From Bacteroidota bacterium (GTDB lineage: Bacteria; Bacteroidota; Ignavibacteria; UBA10030; BY39), in contig JASEGV010000005.1 of NCBI GenBank assembly GCA_030017895.1, forward strand, positions 5,988 to 69,987: 64,000 nt of DNA, written 5' to 3'. Shown piece after piece: positions 40,448 to 50,449 of the stretch. Numbering within the stretch: position 1 is the stretch's first letter; every line of letters starts with the position of its first letter. The position numbers and the translations under genes were made by a program. The notes under the pieces were generated by a model, which worked only from the letters and a program-made list of their open reading frames with translations, was not told where the DNA came from and ran no database searches.

Positions 40448-40522
40448 TGTTCGCCCCGCCAGCAAGACGGAGCGAACAATTTTATTTCGCGTAGTAGAGA
40501 CGACTCGTCGAGTCGTCTCTAC
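40448..40522 (-). terminator. Tandem hairpins downstream of 40535..45508
   Basis: gtagagacgac-tcgtcga-gtcgtctctac (11-bp stem) at 40494..40522 and tgttcgc-N17-gcgaaca at 40448..40478, starting 13 nt after the stop. Confidence 0.5.
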
Positions 40523-40534
40523 CGTGAATTGAAA

Positions 40535-43500
40535 CTACTTCATCAAGACCATCTTCTTGATTTGCGAGAATTTAGCTGCATTCTCGCCTACACCATCGGC
40601 AGTAATTTGATAGAAGTAAATACCGGACGATAAATTGCCGGCTTCAAATTCTACATCATTACGACCTTCGGTAAAGAGTTCGCGGTTAGCTAAAGTTGCA
40701 ACTTCCTGACCAAGAACGTTGTAAACCTTCAAGGTTACTATTGCATCTTCAGGTAATATGAACTGAATTGTAGTCGATGGGTTGAATGGGTTCGGATAGT
40801 TTTGAGCTAACTCAAATATATCCGGTACTTGACTGTAATTGCTTTCGTCCGAAAGGTTGACTGAAATTAGTCCACTCGAACGTAAAACTGTAACATCCTT
40901 TAGGAAGTTTACGCCAGTAAGTACAGTCTTTGCCGCAAAACTTGCAGAATCAAAACTGCTGGAAGCAAATGCGGTATTGATTTCACGAATTGCATTATAG
41001 TAATCAAGTGCATCACCAAGTTTTGATGTCATTGCAGCACTTGCTTCGGCAGCAAGTACTTCAACCGTCTTACCTTGATGTCCAACAACTGAACCTTGGT
41101 AAATTAAATCACCAAAGCCAGGTTCTGTATGACCTTTGTAACTTGCAGCAATACCTAACTTTAAAGCTACAATTTCTGCAAACAACTTGTTATTGTGCTT
41201 TGATGGTGGTAACGATTTTTGTCCTTTTAAGAACAACTTCGTGCCCAAGTTAACAAAGAATCCAGGATCACCATCGTGAATACCGGTTTTATCCCTTAAC
41301 GATTTTTGTACATCGCCCGGTTTTGCCATAAGTACCCAACCGGTTGTTTTGGGATCGCCAACAGTACCAACGAGTAAGCCACCATCGGCTGCGAAACCGC
41401 CACCCGCATAAACTTCGTTAATGAGGTTTGCATAAGTTGGTGCCGGTAATTCTAAATATTCAGTTGTTGGTAGAAGATTGATAGCATGAGCTGGTTTGGG
41501 AATTGTTGCACCAAACCATGCCTTCTTTATCTGTTGTGGTTTTCCTTTGGCGCTATAACCTGAAATTGTTATAGTTGCACCTGCGGCAACAGTGCCATTT
41601 GAGAAGTCGAACTTCTTCTTTGTGTCGCCTGCAACTGTAGTAAACGGAGCATATTCCATTGGACGGGTAGAATTAACATCGTTCTTGAATTGAATGTGTA
41701 ATTCAGTAGCCTCTACTAATAAAGGATTCGTTAGTGTGAATTCCCAGTAACCGCCGATGTTCTTCTTCTTTGTAGCTTTCGGGAGTTTACCTTTAGTATC
41801 GAGAACAACTATATCCTCGTGCCTGAAGCTTCGATACTTGGTATTATCAGCAGTTGAACTTAATGCAAAGTCTCTTGTTGCAAAAGTTAAACCACTTGTA
41901 TTTACATCGATCGAATAATTACCACTTGCAGGAGCAAGAATATATTTACCTTCCGGTGTTACTATTGTTTCTGTATATACATCTTTTTTGGCAAGGAAAC
42001 TGTATAAACCACTGGCAGGAGTAGTAGTGGTCAAGTTATTAGCTGAGTTTACGCCGGTTAAATTAACAACAACTCCGTTAATACCCGGTTCGCCGAAATC
42101 GGCAACACCGTTACGGTTGAAGTCGCTAAATACTTTACCGCTAATGGCTGCCAATTTGAAGTTACCAAAATCTTTATCTACAACAGCTTGACCTGCACCG
42201 TCAATGGTTACAAGATAAGAAGGTGTAGCTGGTAATGTTTTTTCCCATCCTGGTTGTAGAACTTCGGTAATGGTATAGTCACCAAAAACTAAATTGGAGA
42301 AACTATAAATACCACCATCGCCGGTAACTACACTACCACTAATTGGACCTGCTAAATTAATTGTCCAGCCAGAAAGTCCTGGCTCACCGGTTTCTTTTAT
42401 ACCGTTTGCATTCAGATCTTCGAACTTCATACCTGAAATAGAAGCATTTGTAAAGTAGTTACCAAAGTCCATATCACCATACAGTCCGCCGCCACTTGTA
42501 ACTTCGAATTCGTACGTCGGTGGTAAAGTTGTAGGATATGTTTGTATCCATCCTGCTACTTCATTTTCGTAAACCGTATAGAAACTGGGAACGATGTTAT
42601 CGGGAAATTCATATTTACCATCGGCATCTGTTAAAGCAACATAATGATAAGGAGCTAAGTTGATTTCCCAATCTGGGACACCGGGTTCGCCAGCATCTTT
42701 AACTCCATCGCGGTTTACATCTAAGAACTTCATACCTGCGAGGATTGCACCTTCGAGTATCTCGAAGTTATCGAATGCGACACCTTCATCAACTACGTAA
42801 CCATCTGAACCGAAATTAAGTCTGAATCGTACATCACTCAAACCAGCCAATTCTGGTAGCGTGATTGTTACAATTCTCCAACCACCCGGATTTACCACTT
42901 CCGCACCCGACCAAGCTGGGGGTCCAAAAATAAGATCTTCGCCTTCAAGCATATTATACCAGTTGATAGCATTGTCTCTATATGCCCTCACCCAGTCAGT
43001 TCCATCTATTGAATATTCAAATATGGCGGCATCCCATTCGGGTTCAGTCTTGAATGCTAATGCGAATCGTACAATCGGATTAGATAAAGCGCTTAAATCC
43101 ATAAATGGTGAATATACCGCCGCCGTCCAACTAACTACATAATTGGCATTTAAAGGACCAGTTACAAAGCTGTTTGGAGCTGAATACGCGCTGTTAATTG
43201 TTGCTTTTGCTGGTGTTCCTAACAACCAATTATCAGGACCAGGTGAAGTAGCAGCAGAAAGCCAACCACCTTGCACTAAGCCCGTTGCTGTTGCTTTGGG
43301 TGTTGCATCAAAATTGTTAAAATATCCACCAGAGGCATCTACATAAGGTATTACATACAATCCTCTTGTAATAGGTCCATCATTTCCTGGATTTTGATCT
43401 CCAAAATATTCAGTTGTTACTTCTATAACATACTCGCCCGCAGTCGGATGATTAAATGGAAAAGTTCTAAATGTATAATCAACCATACTAAATGGCGGAA

Positions 43501-45508
43501 CATCTATTACATTTTCAACAACATTATACACTTCAACGAACCCGGCGGCATCAAGTATTTTTACTCGTACCGGAATTGTTAGTACGTTGGAGCCATTATT
43601 TTTGACTCTAACTTTTGGATAGGCATTAGCGTTAACTTTTATACCTTCGAGAGGTGGACCAAGTATGCTTACTGGATAAGCATCATAATCCCAAGGGATA
43701 GATATAAACGCATCGGCGCCAGCATCAACAGGTGTATAGTCTGCGCGTAACTGACCATCAATATCGTGTGTGATTGCCGGTGTTAAAGCAACGCCCATTT
43801 GATCGGCAGGAGATGCATCGCCTTGTAAAGTGCTAATGTGAGCAGATAACGGACTGACAAAAAGCGGGTTCTCACCATACTTACTGTTTGCATCAAAACC
43901 GGTTATGGTTTGCCAATCTGCGTACGAACCCACGTAAGCACCGCCACTAGGCCAAGGATTAGGAAATTGAGCGAAAGCGCCAGCATCAACTTGGTAGTAT
44001 AAATTATGATTCGCTGTCATATCCAGCATGCCTGCGGCGCCTTCAGTGAACATTAGATATGTTCTTGTAAAAGCATCTGCGCGGATAGAAGAAAATATGT
44101 TATTCTTAAGTGTAATCTTGTCAGAATAAACTGTACCGCCGCCTGCCCAGTTACCATCGAAAATGAATGCAGTAACGCCGAATGTTTCGCCGGCTGCTAA
44201 GTTAAGGTTTAAAGTGTTGTGATAATATTCAACATCACTGCCGGTTCCATTAGGAGTGCCTGGCGGACCCGTCGGGTTATAAGTAACCCAGTTAAATCCA
44301 CGACCTGGAGCTGCGGTGGCATAATTATGTATATCATAAAACATATTGTTGAAAATTTTCGCCGTAGTTTTTGGTGCAATACCGGTTCCAGCAGTGGTAA
44401 CATTACCGATGAGTAAACATATCGGTCGAGCAGTACCGGATAGTGTAACGATGTTATGAAATTTGTTGTTTGATACAACAACATTTGCATTTCCGCCGCG
44501 AAGAGATACTGGTATCGGGTTGCCAACTATCTTTATACCGTAAAAATCGTTATTATCTATTAAAACATTATTAACGTTTTCCTGGAGACTAATACCTGTA
44601 CATAAATGGTCTAGTACTTGAGTGCTGTTTAGTCCACCGAATATATTGTTAGTAAATGTATAATTATAATCTGCCGGCATTTCAGGAAGCTCTCCTGAAC
44701 CAGCACCGCGGACATATGCTATAGCATTACCTTGCTTGAAATGGTTGTTATGATATGTGATATTAAATTGCGCTCCGAAAGCACCCATACCTAAATTATC
44801 GTTAGATATAAGACCCCAAGCGTTGGAAGTTGAACGGCGGTTGCCTTTTATTACCATATTTTTTACTGTAATATTATTGCAACCCCGGTACATGCCAAGT
44901 GGAGCTCTACCTTGAATATTAACACCAACGGTATCGCATTCAATAGTCCAACTCCTGTCATCACCGCCAGCATTAGACCCGTCTAATAATATACCCATGG
45001 CAGTACGGAAGTTGAATCCACCGGAAAGTCCCGTGTAACTTGTCGTACCAACACCGCCGGAAAATTTAAGAGTAAAAACATTACCGGGGGCGGGTTTGAA
45101 TGTAACAAGGTTAGCCGGACCTTGCCCGACATAACCACCGATAGTTTGTCCCGTGTCGGTATAAGAGACATCAGTGAATAAGAAAGTAACTGGGGCGCTT
45201 ACACCTTCGGCTTGTAATGCTGCGACTGCATTACGCAACATATCGAAGTTGTTAGGTTGTCCAGTGTTTAGCAATCCGATAGTATAAGTCCCGGCGAGGG
45301 CTACCTTGCCCACGCTTTGTGGTCTTACGTAATTATCGGAATGAGGGATAGATGAGTGTTGGGTTCCAACATCATCGCCAATAACTTCTCTTTGAAGTTG
45401 TTGAGATGACTTAGAATTTAACCCATCTTTGTTATCTACGGCGAACGCAAAAGTAGTGCACATCACTAAGATTGCGAACACAGTAAACAAATTAAGGAAT
45501 CGAGTCAT
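40535..45508 (-). CDS. Giant secreted T9SS cargo protein (1657 aa): right-handed parallel beta-helix region + 4 SdrD-B/Cna-B-like domains + T9SS C-terminal domain
   Basis: Signal peptide. Beta-helix repeats (NNITVKNMVIKGN, NNIFGGLN, DNNDFYGIKIVGN, SNNKFHNIV, FNNMFYDI). Four copies of ..GMKF(L/E)D(V/L)N(R/A)(D/N)G(V/I)K(D/E)(A/T)GEPG..W(E/T)INL.. C-terminal ..LAQNYPNPFNPSTTIQFILPEDAIVTLKVYNVLGQEV..SGIYFYQI... Strong SD (ATAGGAGGATTT) before the ATG. Confidence 0.8.
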   Translation of the reverse strand: MTRFLNLFTVFAILVMCTTFAFAVDNKDGLNSKSSQQLQREVIGDDVGTQHSSIPHSDNYVRPQSVGKVALAGTYTIGLLNTGQPNNFDMLRNAVAALQAEGVSAPVTFLFTDVSYTDTGQTIGGYVGQGPANLVTFKPAPGNVFTLKFSGGVGTTSYTGLSGGFNFRTAMGILLDGSNAGGDDRSWTIECDTVGVNIQGRAPLGMYRGCNNITVKNMVIKGNRRSTSNAWGLISNDNLGMGAFGAQFNITYHNNHFKQGNAIAYVRGAGSGELPEMPADYNYTFTNNIFGGLNSTQVLDHLCTGISLQENVNNVLIDNNDFYGIKIVGNPIPVSLRGGNANVVVSNNKFHNIVTLSGTARPICLLIGNVTTAGTGIAPKTTAKIFNNMFYDIHNYATAAPGRGFNWVTYNPTGPPGTPNGTGSDVEYYHNTLNLNLAAGETFGVTAFIFDGNWAGGGTVYSDKITLKNNIFSSIRADAFTRTYLMFTEGAAGMLDMTANHNLYYQVDAGAFAQFPNPWPSGGAYVGSYADWQTITGFDANSKYGENPLFVSPLSAHISTLQGDASPADQMGVALTPAITHDIDGQLRADYTPVDAGADAFISIPWDYDAYPVSILGPPLEGIKVNANAYPKVRVKNNGSNVLTIPVRVKILDAAGFVEVYNVVENVIDVPPFSMVDYTFRTFPFNHPTAGEYVIEVTTEYFGDQNPGNDGPITRGLYVIPYVDASGGYFNNFDATPKATATGLVQGGWLSAATSPGPDNWLLGTPAKATINSAYSAPNSFVTGPLNANYVVSWTAAVYSPFMDLSALSNPIVRFALAFKTEPEWDAAIFEYSIDGTDWVRAYRDNAINWYNMLEGEDLIFGPPAWSGAEVVNPGGWRIVTITLPELAGLSDVRFRLNFGSDGYVVDEGVAFDNFEILEGAILAGMKFLDVNRDGVKDAGEPGVPDWEINLAPYHYVALTDADGKYEFPDNIVPSFYTVYENEVAGWIQTYPTTLPPTYEFEVTSGGGLYGDMDFGNYFTNASISGMKFEDLNANGIKETGEPGLSGWTINLAGPISGSVVTGDGGIYSFSNLVFGDYTITEVLQPGWEKTLPATPSYLVTIDGAGQAVVDKDFGNFKLAAISGKVFSDFNRNGVADFGEPGINGVVVNLTGVNSANNLTTTTPASGLYSFLAKKDVYTETIVTPEGKYILAPASGNYSIDVNTSGLTFATRDFALSSTADNTKYRSFRHEDIVVLDTKGKLPKATKKKNIGGYWEFTLTNPLLVEATELHIQFKNDVNSTRPMEYAPFTTVAGDTKKKFDFSNGTVAAGATITISGYSAKGKPQQIKKAWFGATIPKPAHAINLLPTTEYLELPAPTYANLINEVYAGGGFAADGGLLVGTVGDPKTTGWVLMAKPGDVQKSLRDKTGIHDGDPGFFVNLGTKLFLKGQKSLPPSKHNNKLFAEIVALKLGIAASYKGHTEPGFGDLIYQGSVVGHQGKTVEVLAAEASAAMTSKLGDALDYYNAIREINTAFASSSFDSASFAAKTVLTGVNFLKDVTVLRSSGLISVNLSDESNYSQVPDIFELAQNYPNPFNPSTTIQFILPEDAIVTLKVYNVLGQEVATLANRELFTEGRNDVEFEAGNLSSGIYFYQITADGVGENAAKFSQIKKMVLMK

Positions 45509-45951
45509 AAAATCCTCCTATAGTTTTTTGATTGTTTGTTGATTAATTGAAACATTGATTTAAGGTTTGTTTGTTTTGTTATGTATTTTTTGAATTAATA
45601 TAATAAATCTGAGAACTCTTGGGTTGAGAAGAAATGTATTCCAGGCAATTACTCCTTTCAAATATTTTATTTGATTACTAAAAATAATTATTTAAAATTT
45701 CAATAGTTACAGAAACATCTTACTAATTTTGCGCGCTTACTACTTTGTTTTCGGGTATTATATTTTCTAAAGCAATCTAATACTTTTTTTAACAACAGTC
45801 AAGTGTTAAGTAAAATCTGATATAAATATAATGTTTTTTTAATAGAAGTCAAGTATTTTATTAAGAAAAATAAAAAAATATTTTGCTGAAAATTTGTTGT
45901 TTTTCGTGTTAAATTGAAACACTTATAAAACGTGCAAATTACACTGTTTTA

Positions 45952-46084
45952 CTGAAGTTACGCAGAATTGACTTTTTGTCATGTTGAGCGAAGCGAAACA
46001 TCTAAAAATAGTCTGAATTTGAGGTTTCAGATTCTTCTCCCGCTCTACGAGCGGGATCAGAATGACTCTTTTGCGTAACTTCAG
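45952..46084 (+). mobile_element. MITE-like element copy C (133 bp) with perfect 8-bp TSD CTGTTTTA
   Basis: Left flank 45944..45951 ctgtttta. Right flank 46085..46092 ctgtttta. Full internal module set. Lies 18 bp downstream of the aroC stop. Confidence 0.9.
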
Positions 46085-46101
46085 CTGTTTTAAGTGTATT
46101 T

Positions 46102-47160
46102 CTAAAAAATATTATTTATTAACACTATTGCCGTCATTGCCTCGGCAACCGGAACGATTCGAGGGCAAATACACGGGTCGTGCCTGCCTTTTATCTGCAA
46201 GCTTCGCTTATTTCCCGCAACGTTCACAGTCGTTTGGGATTGAAAGATTGAGGAGGTCGGCTTAACGGCGATACGAAAAATAATTTCTTCGCCCGTAGTA
46301 ATACCTCCTAAAACCCCACCCGCATAGTTGGTGCGAGTCCGCATCCGTTTTAGTTTTTTATCGAAAAAAAATTCATCATTGTTTTGGCTTCCATAAATTT
46401 CAGCCGCGTGAAAACCTGAACCGATTTCAAATCCTTTAACTGCAGGAATCGATAACATTGCCTTTGCAAGTTCAGCATCAAGTTTGTTGAACACCGGCTC
46501 GCCTATACCGGGCGAACAACCTTGAACGACAACTTCAACAATTCCACCAACCGAGTCGCCGGCTTTCATTACTTCTAAAATTTTCTTCTCCATTTTTTTA
46601 GCAGCATTAGCATCGGGGCAGCGAACTAAATTTTTTTCTATTTCAGCGTAGTCGATTTTTTTTGCTTCTATACCTGCAACCGATTTTGTGTATGCGATAA
46701 TTTTTATTTTGTGCTGAGCTAATATTTTTTTAGCTATTGCACCTGCGGCAACACGACCGATAGTTTCTCTGCCCGATGCGCGTCCGCCGCCGCGGTAATC
46801 GTATATCCCGTATTTTGAATAGTACGAAAAATCGGCATGTCCTGGACGGAAGATGTTTTTGATATTTTCGTAATCTTCGGAACGCTTTTCCTTGTTCCAA
46901 ACAATTATGCAAATCGGAGTGCCGAGTGTTTTGCCTTCGAAAACTCCGCTCAATATTTCAGCTTTATCTTCTTCCTGCCGCTGGGTTGTAATAGCGCTTT
47001 GTCCGGGTCGCCGGCGGTCAAGCTCTTTTTGAATATCTTCCAGCGATAATGCTAACTTCGATGGCACACCATCAACCACAACACCTACAGCTTTGCCGTG
47101 GCTTTCGCCGAATGTTGTAACTCTGAATTTTTCACCATAAGTATTACCTGACATAATCAT
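46102..47160 (-). CDS. aroC: Chorismate synthase
   Basis: 352 aa, colinear with AroC (..FGESHG..GRSSARETA..RHDPC..). Confidence 0.92.
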   Translation of the reverse strand: MIMSGNTYGEKFRVTTFGESHGKAVGVVVDGVPSKLALSLEDIQKELDRRRPGQSAITTQRQEEDKAEILSGVFEGKTLGTPICIIVWNKEKRSEDYENIKNIFRPGHADFSYYSKYGIYDYRGGGRASGRETIGRVAAGAIAKKILAQHKIKIIAYTKSVAGIEAKKIDYAEIEKNLVRCPDANAAKKMEKKILEVMKAGDSVGGIVEVVVQGCSPGIGEPVFNKLDAELAKAMLSIPAVKGFEIGSGFHAAEIYGSQNNDEFFFDKKLKRMRTRTNYAGGVLGGITTGEEIIFRIAVKPTSSIFQSQTTVNVAGNKRSLQIKGRHDPCICPRIVPVAEAMTAIVLINNIF

Positions 47161-47264
47161 GCCTTCTTAATCTGTGCTTATCCGTTTAATCTGTGTCCAT
47201 TCGTGGTCCATTTATATCTGGTAAAATAGAACACTGATTGTTTTATCCATTTCATATTCATCAA

Positions 47265-48533
47265 TTAAAGATAAAGTTTTTCAAATTCATACCAAAAAAT
47301 CGGGAACGATTTTTTAACACAACCTGGATTTTTAATTCTGATATTCGGGATTTTTAAACCCGCAACTGCAAAACTCATAGCTATTCTGTGGTCGTTATAA
47401 GTATTTATCTCAGCACCAATATATTTTTCCTTCGGCACAATTTCAAGTCCGCCATCGAACTCTGTAACTTCAGCACCTAACTTCCGCAATTCTGTTGCCA
47501 TTGCAAACAGCCGGTCTGATTCTTTATGACGTAAATGAGCAACGTTCTCAATATTAGTCTTCCCTTTTGCAAATAATGCAATTACTGCTAAAGTCGGAAC
47601 CATATCGGGCATATCGTTCATATCAATTGTGAGACCTGATAGTTCCGAGCTACCAACGACTGTAATCCCCTCAACCCCGAAATAATCGGGGTGAACATCC
47701 TTAATTACTTTACATCCCATTTTTTGGAGGACTTCCAAAAAACCGGCATCACCTTGTTTGGATTGCGAATTTAAGTTTTGCACAGTAACTTTTCCACCAG
47801 TTACTGCTGCGGCTGCAAAGAAATAAGATGCCGATGAATAATCCCCCTCTATTATATATGTAGTGGGTTGGTATCGTTTTGTACTATTAATATAGTAACC
47901 GTTTGTTTTTTCTTGAACATCAGCACCAAATGATTGCATTACTTCGTATGTAATATCAAGATACGGCTTTGAAGCGATCTGACCGCTCAGCAGCAAATCG
48001 ACATTGCTTGCCGCATAAGGGGCTATCAATAATATAGAAGAAACAAACTGGCTGCTTTTAGAAGCGTCGATGCGAACGGTTCCCCCCATTAATTTTCCAC
48101 CATAAATTTTTACAGGCGGGTAGCCGTTGTTTGTTTCTGTTCTGATCCCAAGCTGTTCAAGTGCAGTAGTTAAATCACCAATCGGTCGTAAGTTCATCCG
48201 TTCGTCGCCATATATTATAGTAGAACCATCGGCTAATGCTGCAAAACCTGCAAGAAAGCGCATTGTTGTGCCTGCGTTTCCGACAAATAAATCTGAATCA
48301 GGCGCCTTAATTTTTCCTCCGGTACCTGTTACAATCAACTTGTTTCCAATTTCTTCGATGCCAACACCAAGTTTCCGCAACGCATCTATCATAAGCCGGC
48401 AGTCGTCGGCGGTTGAGAAATTCATTATTTCCGAAATACCATTTGCTAAAGCTGCAGCAATCAATGCCCGGTTTGTAATACTCTTTGATGTTGGAACATT
48501 AACCACAGCGTTCACTCTTTCTATTTTTGTCAT
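47265..48533 (-). CDS. aroA: 3-phosphoshikimate 1-carboxyvinyltransferase (EPSP synthase)
   Basis: 422 aa, colinear with AroA (..LFVGNAGTTMRFL..DERMNLRPIGDL..). ATGA overlap with the upstream gene. Confidence 0.92.
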   Translation of the reverse strand: MTKIERVNAVVNVPTSKSITNRALIAAALANGISEIMNFSTADDCRLMIDALRKLGVGIEEIGNKLIVTGTGGKIKAPDSDLFVGNAGTTMRFLAGFAALADGSTIIYGDERMNLRPIGDLTTALEQLGIRTETNNGYPPVKIYGGKLMGGTVRIDASKSSQFVSSILLIAPYAASNVDLLLSGQIASKPYLDITYEVMQSFGADVQEKTNGYYINSTKRYQPTTYIIEGDYSSASYFFAAAAVTGGKVTVQNLNSQSKQGDAGFLEVLQKMGCKVIKDVHPDYFGVEGITVVGSSELSGLTIDMNDMPDMVPTLAVIALFAKGKTNIENVAHLRHKESDRLFAMATELRKLGAEVTEFDGGLEIVPKEKYIGAEINTYNDHRIAMSFAVAGLKIPNIRIKNPGCVKKSFPIFWYEFEKLYL

Positions 48534-49942
48534 ATAACTGATTTAAAAAATTCTTGCTGCAATTTTGCCTGAGATTCAAATATTTTTGTCCCCGGAATAA
48601 TCTGGCAGCCGGTTTCGGCAGCATCACGCAATAGTTTTGTAACCTTCGGAGTATAAACAAAATCGACGACTAACATTTTTTTATTTAACAGTGTTTTAGG
48701 AATTGGTGATGCGTCAGTATTCGGTACCATACCAACCGGAGTAGTATTAATTATTGCATCCATCTTCTTAATTTTTTGAATATCTTCGAGAGAACTGAAT
48801 TCACATTTAAATTTTTTAGCAAGAATTTTAGCCTTCTTTAAATTCCTACCAAAGATATGAACATTACCGCCACATTTTTTAGCGGCATAAATAGCACTTC
48901 GGGCAGTGCCGCCGGTCCCTAACACAGCTACCGATTTACCGTTTAATAATTTTTCAAAAATCATTACAGCCGCTAACGCATCAGTATTATAACCGACAAA
49001 ACCTTCTGTCGTCTTTATAATAGTATTCACAGAACCGGTGGCTTCCGCCTCATCAGACCGGTTTTTCAATAATTTAGCTGCTTCCTCTTTATGTGGAATT
49101 GTAATGCTTATACCTTGCAGATACTCTAAGTATGTTCTAAAAAAATTTCCGAAATCATCCGTTAAAAAGTTTACATACACTGCATTTAATTTATTCTTCT
49201 TGAAAAATTTATTGTGTATATAAATACCACGGCTATGCGAAACCGGATTCCCCGCCAATCCGAAAATTTTAGTTTGTTCATTTATTGATCTGTAGTTATA
49301 AACTTCCAATAATTTTTTTACAGGAATTTGTCCCGGTGCAGTTTCATCCCCCTCGCCGAGAGAGCAATATGTTATGCATCCGCCAAAGCGGGGCGCAAGT
49401 ATTCGGCTGGTTTCACCCCGCTCTCCCATACAAAAGGCTGATAATTTTATATGCTCTTTTTTTGCTACTTTCAATAAACGAAATATTTGCAGATTTTCAG
49501 ATATATTATTGGCGCAGGTTGCTATTTTGATGTATGAGGGGAATAAATTTTTAATACCAAGATATGGATGTAATACGCTTCTCCATACATTAGAAAAATT
49601 ATGATACGACAAAATTATTTTCGTTTTATGAAGATAAGAGAATTTGATTATATCTAATACAATTTTTTTCTTCGATTTATATTCGATATCTATATATTCT
49701 GCCCCCAACTCAATTGCCTTATATAATAGAGCAATTCGTTTGTCTTCTGATATTCGACGAGTCGGGACAGACGGGCGGTTTGTGATAATTACACCAGGAC
49801 GCGGCTGAGATAAGAGTTGCTCAATATCGAGATCAACTATATTTTCAACACGTATCTCAACAACGTCAGCTAATTTTCCCGCTTTTAACAAGAGTTCGCG
49901 GGCTTCTTTCATATTTTTGGGGGCTATGCTAACGCAAATCAT
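48530..49942 (-). CDS. Bifunctional 3-dehydroquinate dehydratase (type I, AroD) / shikimate 5-dehydrogenase (AroE) fusion
   Basis: 470 aa. The N-terminal ~230 aa is a type I DHQase-like TIM barrel (MICVSIAPKNMKEARE..DVVEIR..ILSYHNF). The C-terminal ~240 aa is AroE-like (..GYNTD..VLGTGGTARSAIYA..). Confidence 0.8.
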   Translation of the reverse strand: MICVSIAPKNMKEARELLLKAGKLADVVEIRVENIVDLDIEQLLSQPRPGVIITNRPSVPTRRISEDKRIALLYKAIELGAEYIDIEYKSKKKIVLDIIKFSYLHKTKIILSYHNFSNVWRSVLHPYLGIKNLFPSYIKIATCANNISENLQIFRLLKVAKKEHIKLSAFCMGERGETSRILAPRFGGCITYCSLGEGDETAPGQIPVKKLLEVYNYRSINEQTKIFGLAGNPVSHSRGIYIHNKFFKKNKLNAVYVNFLTDDFGNFFRTYLEYLQGISITIPHKEEAAKLLKNRSDEAEATGSVNTIIKTTEGFVGYNTDALAAVMIFEKLLNGKSVAVLGTGGTARSAIYAAKKCGGNVHIFGRNLKKAKILAKKFKCEFSSLEDIQKIKKMDAIINTTPVGMVPNTDASPIPKTLLNKKMLVVDFVYTPKVTKLLRDAAETGCQIIPGTKIFESQAKLQQEFFKSVI

Positions 49943-50012
49943 AAAAGATTGTTATTCCTATGTATTAAAATGTTTTGCCACTAAAACACTAAAGCACGAA
50001 ATTCTACCAAAT

Positions 50013-50441
50013 TTATAAGACATATCGCTTAATACCTTGTCCAATATTAACAACATTAAAGTTGATTAAATAACCTAAACGTTTGTTAGTTAATTTCAAA
50101 TGACTTAAAACTTGAGCTTCCCAAACAGGATTGATTAAATCCACTGCTTTAATTTCACAAATTATTTTATTCTCAACCAAAACATCCAATCGTAATCCCT
50201 CTTGAAATGTAATACCATCATAAACTATTGGGATATCCATTTGGCGCAAATATTCTAACCCCCTTTTTGTTAATTCGTGGCAAAAACAGATTTCATATAC
50301 TTTTTCCAGTAATCCTGGTCCGAGTGTTTTATGAACAGTATAAGCAGCATCGACAATTTTTTTTCCAATGCTTTCTAATTCCTGAGGTAAGGTGTCAAAA
50401 TCTTTTTTGTGATATTTTGTGTTTTGGTGATTTTGTGGCAT
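50013..50441 (-). CDS. GxxExxY protein (PDDEXK_3 / PD-(D/E)XK nuclease superfamily small protein), inserted inside the aro cluster
   Basis: 142 aa. GLLEKVYE (GxxExxY), ..DVLVENKIICEIKAV.. and C-terminal ..LGYLINFN.. motifs of the family. Confidence 0.7.
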   Translation of the reverse strand: MPQNHQNTKYHKKDFDTLPQELESIGKKIVDAAYTVHKTLGPGLLEKVYEICFCHELTKRGLEYLRQMDIPIVYDGITFQEGLRLDVLVENKIICEIKAVDLINPVWEAQVLSHLKLTNKRLGYLINFNVVNIGQGIKRYVL

Positions 50442-50449
50442 ATTATGTA

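Noticed and set aside
47178-47261. Aromatic-rich 27-codon ORF as a classical transcription-attenuation leader for aroC
   Set aside because: The aromatic codons are not tandem, no convincing alternative terminator/antiterminator hairpins were found, and the sequence is a copy of a short repeat also present at 51985-52013. Kept only as a low-interest note in the findings.
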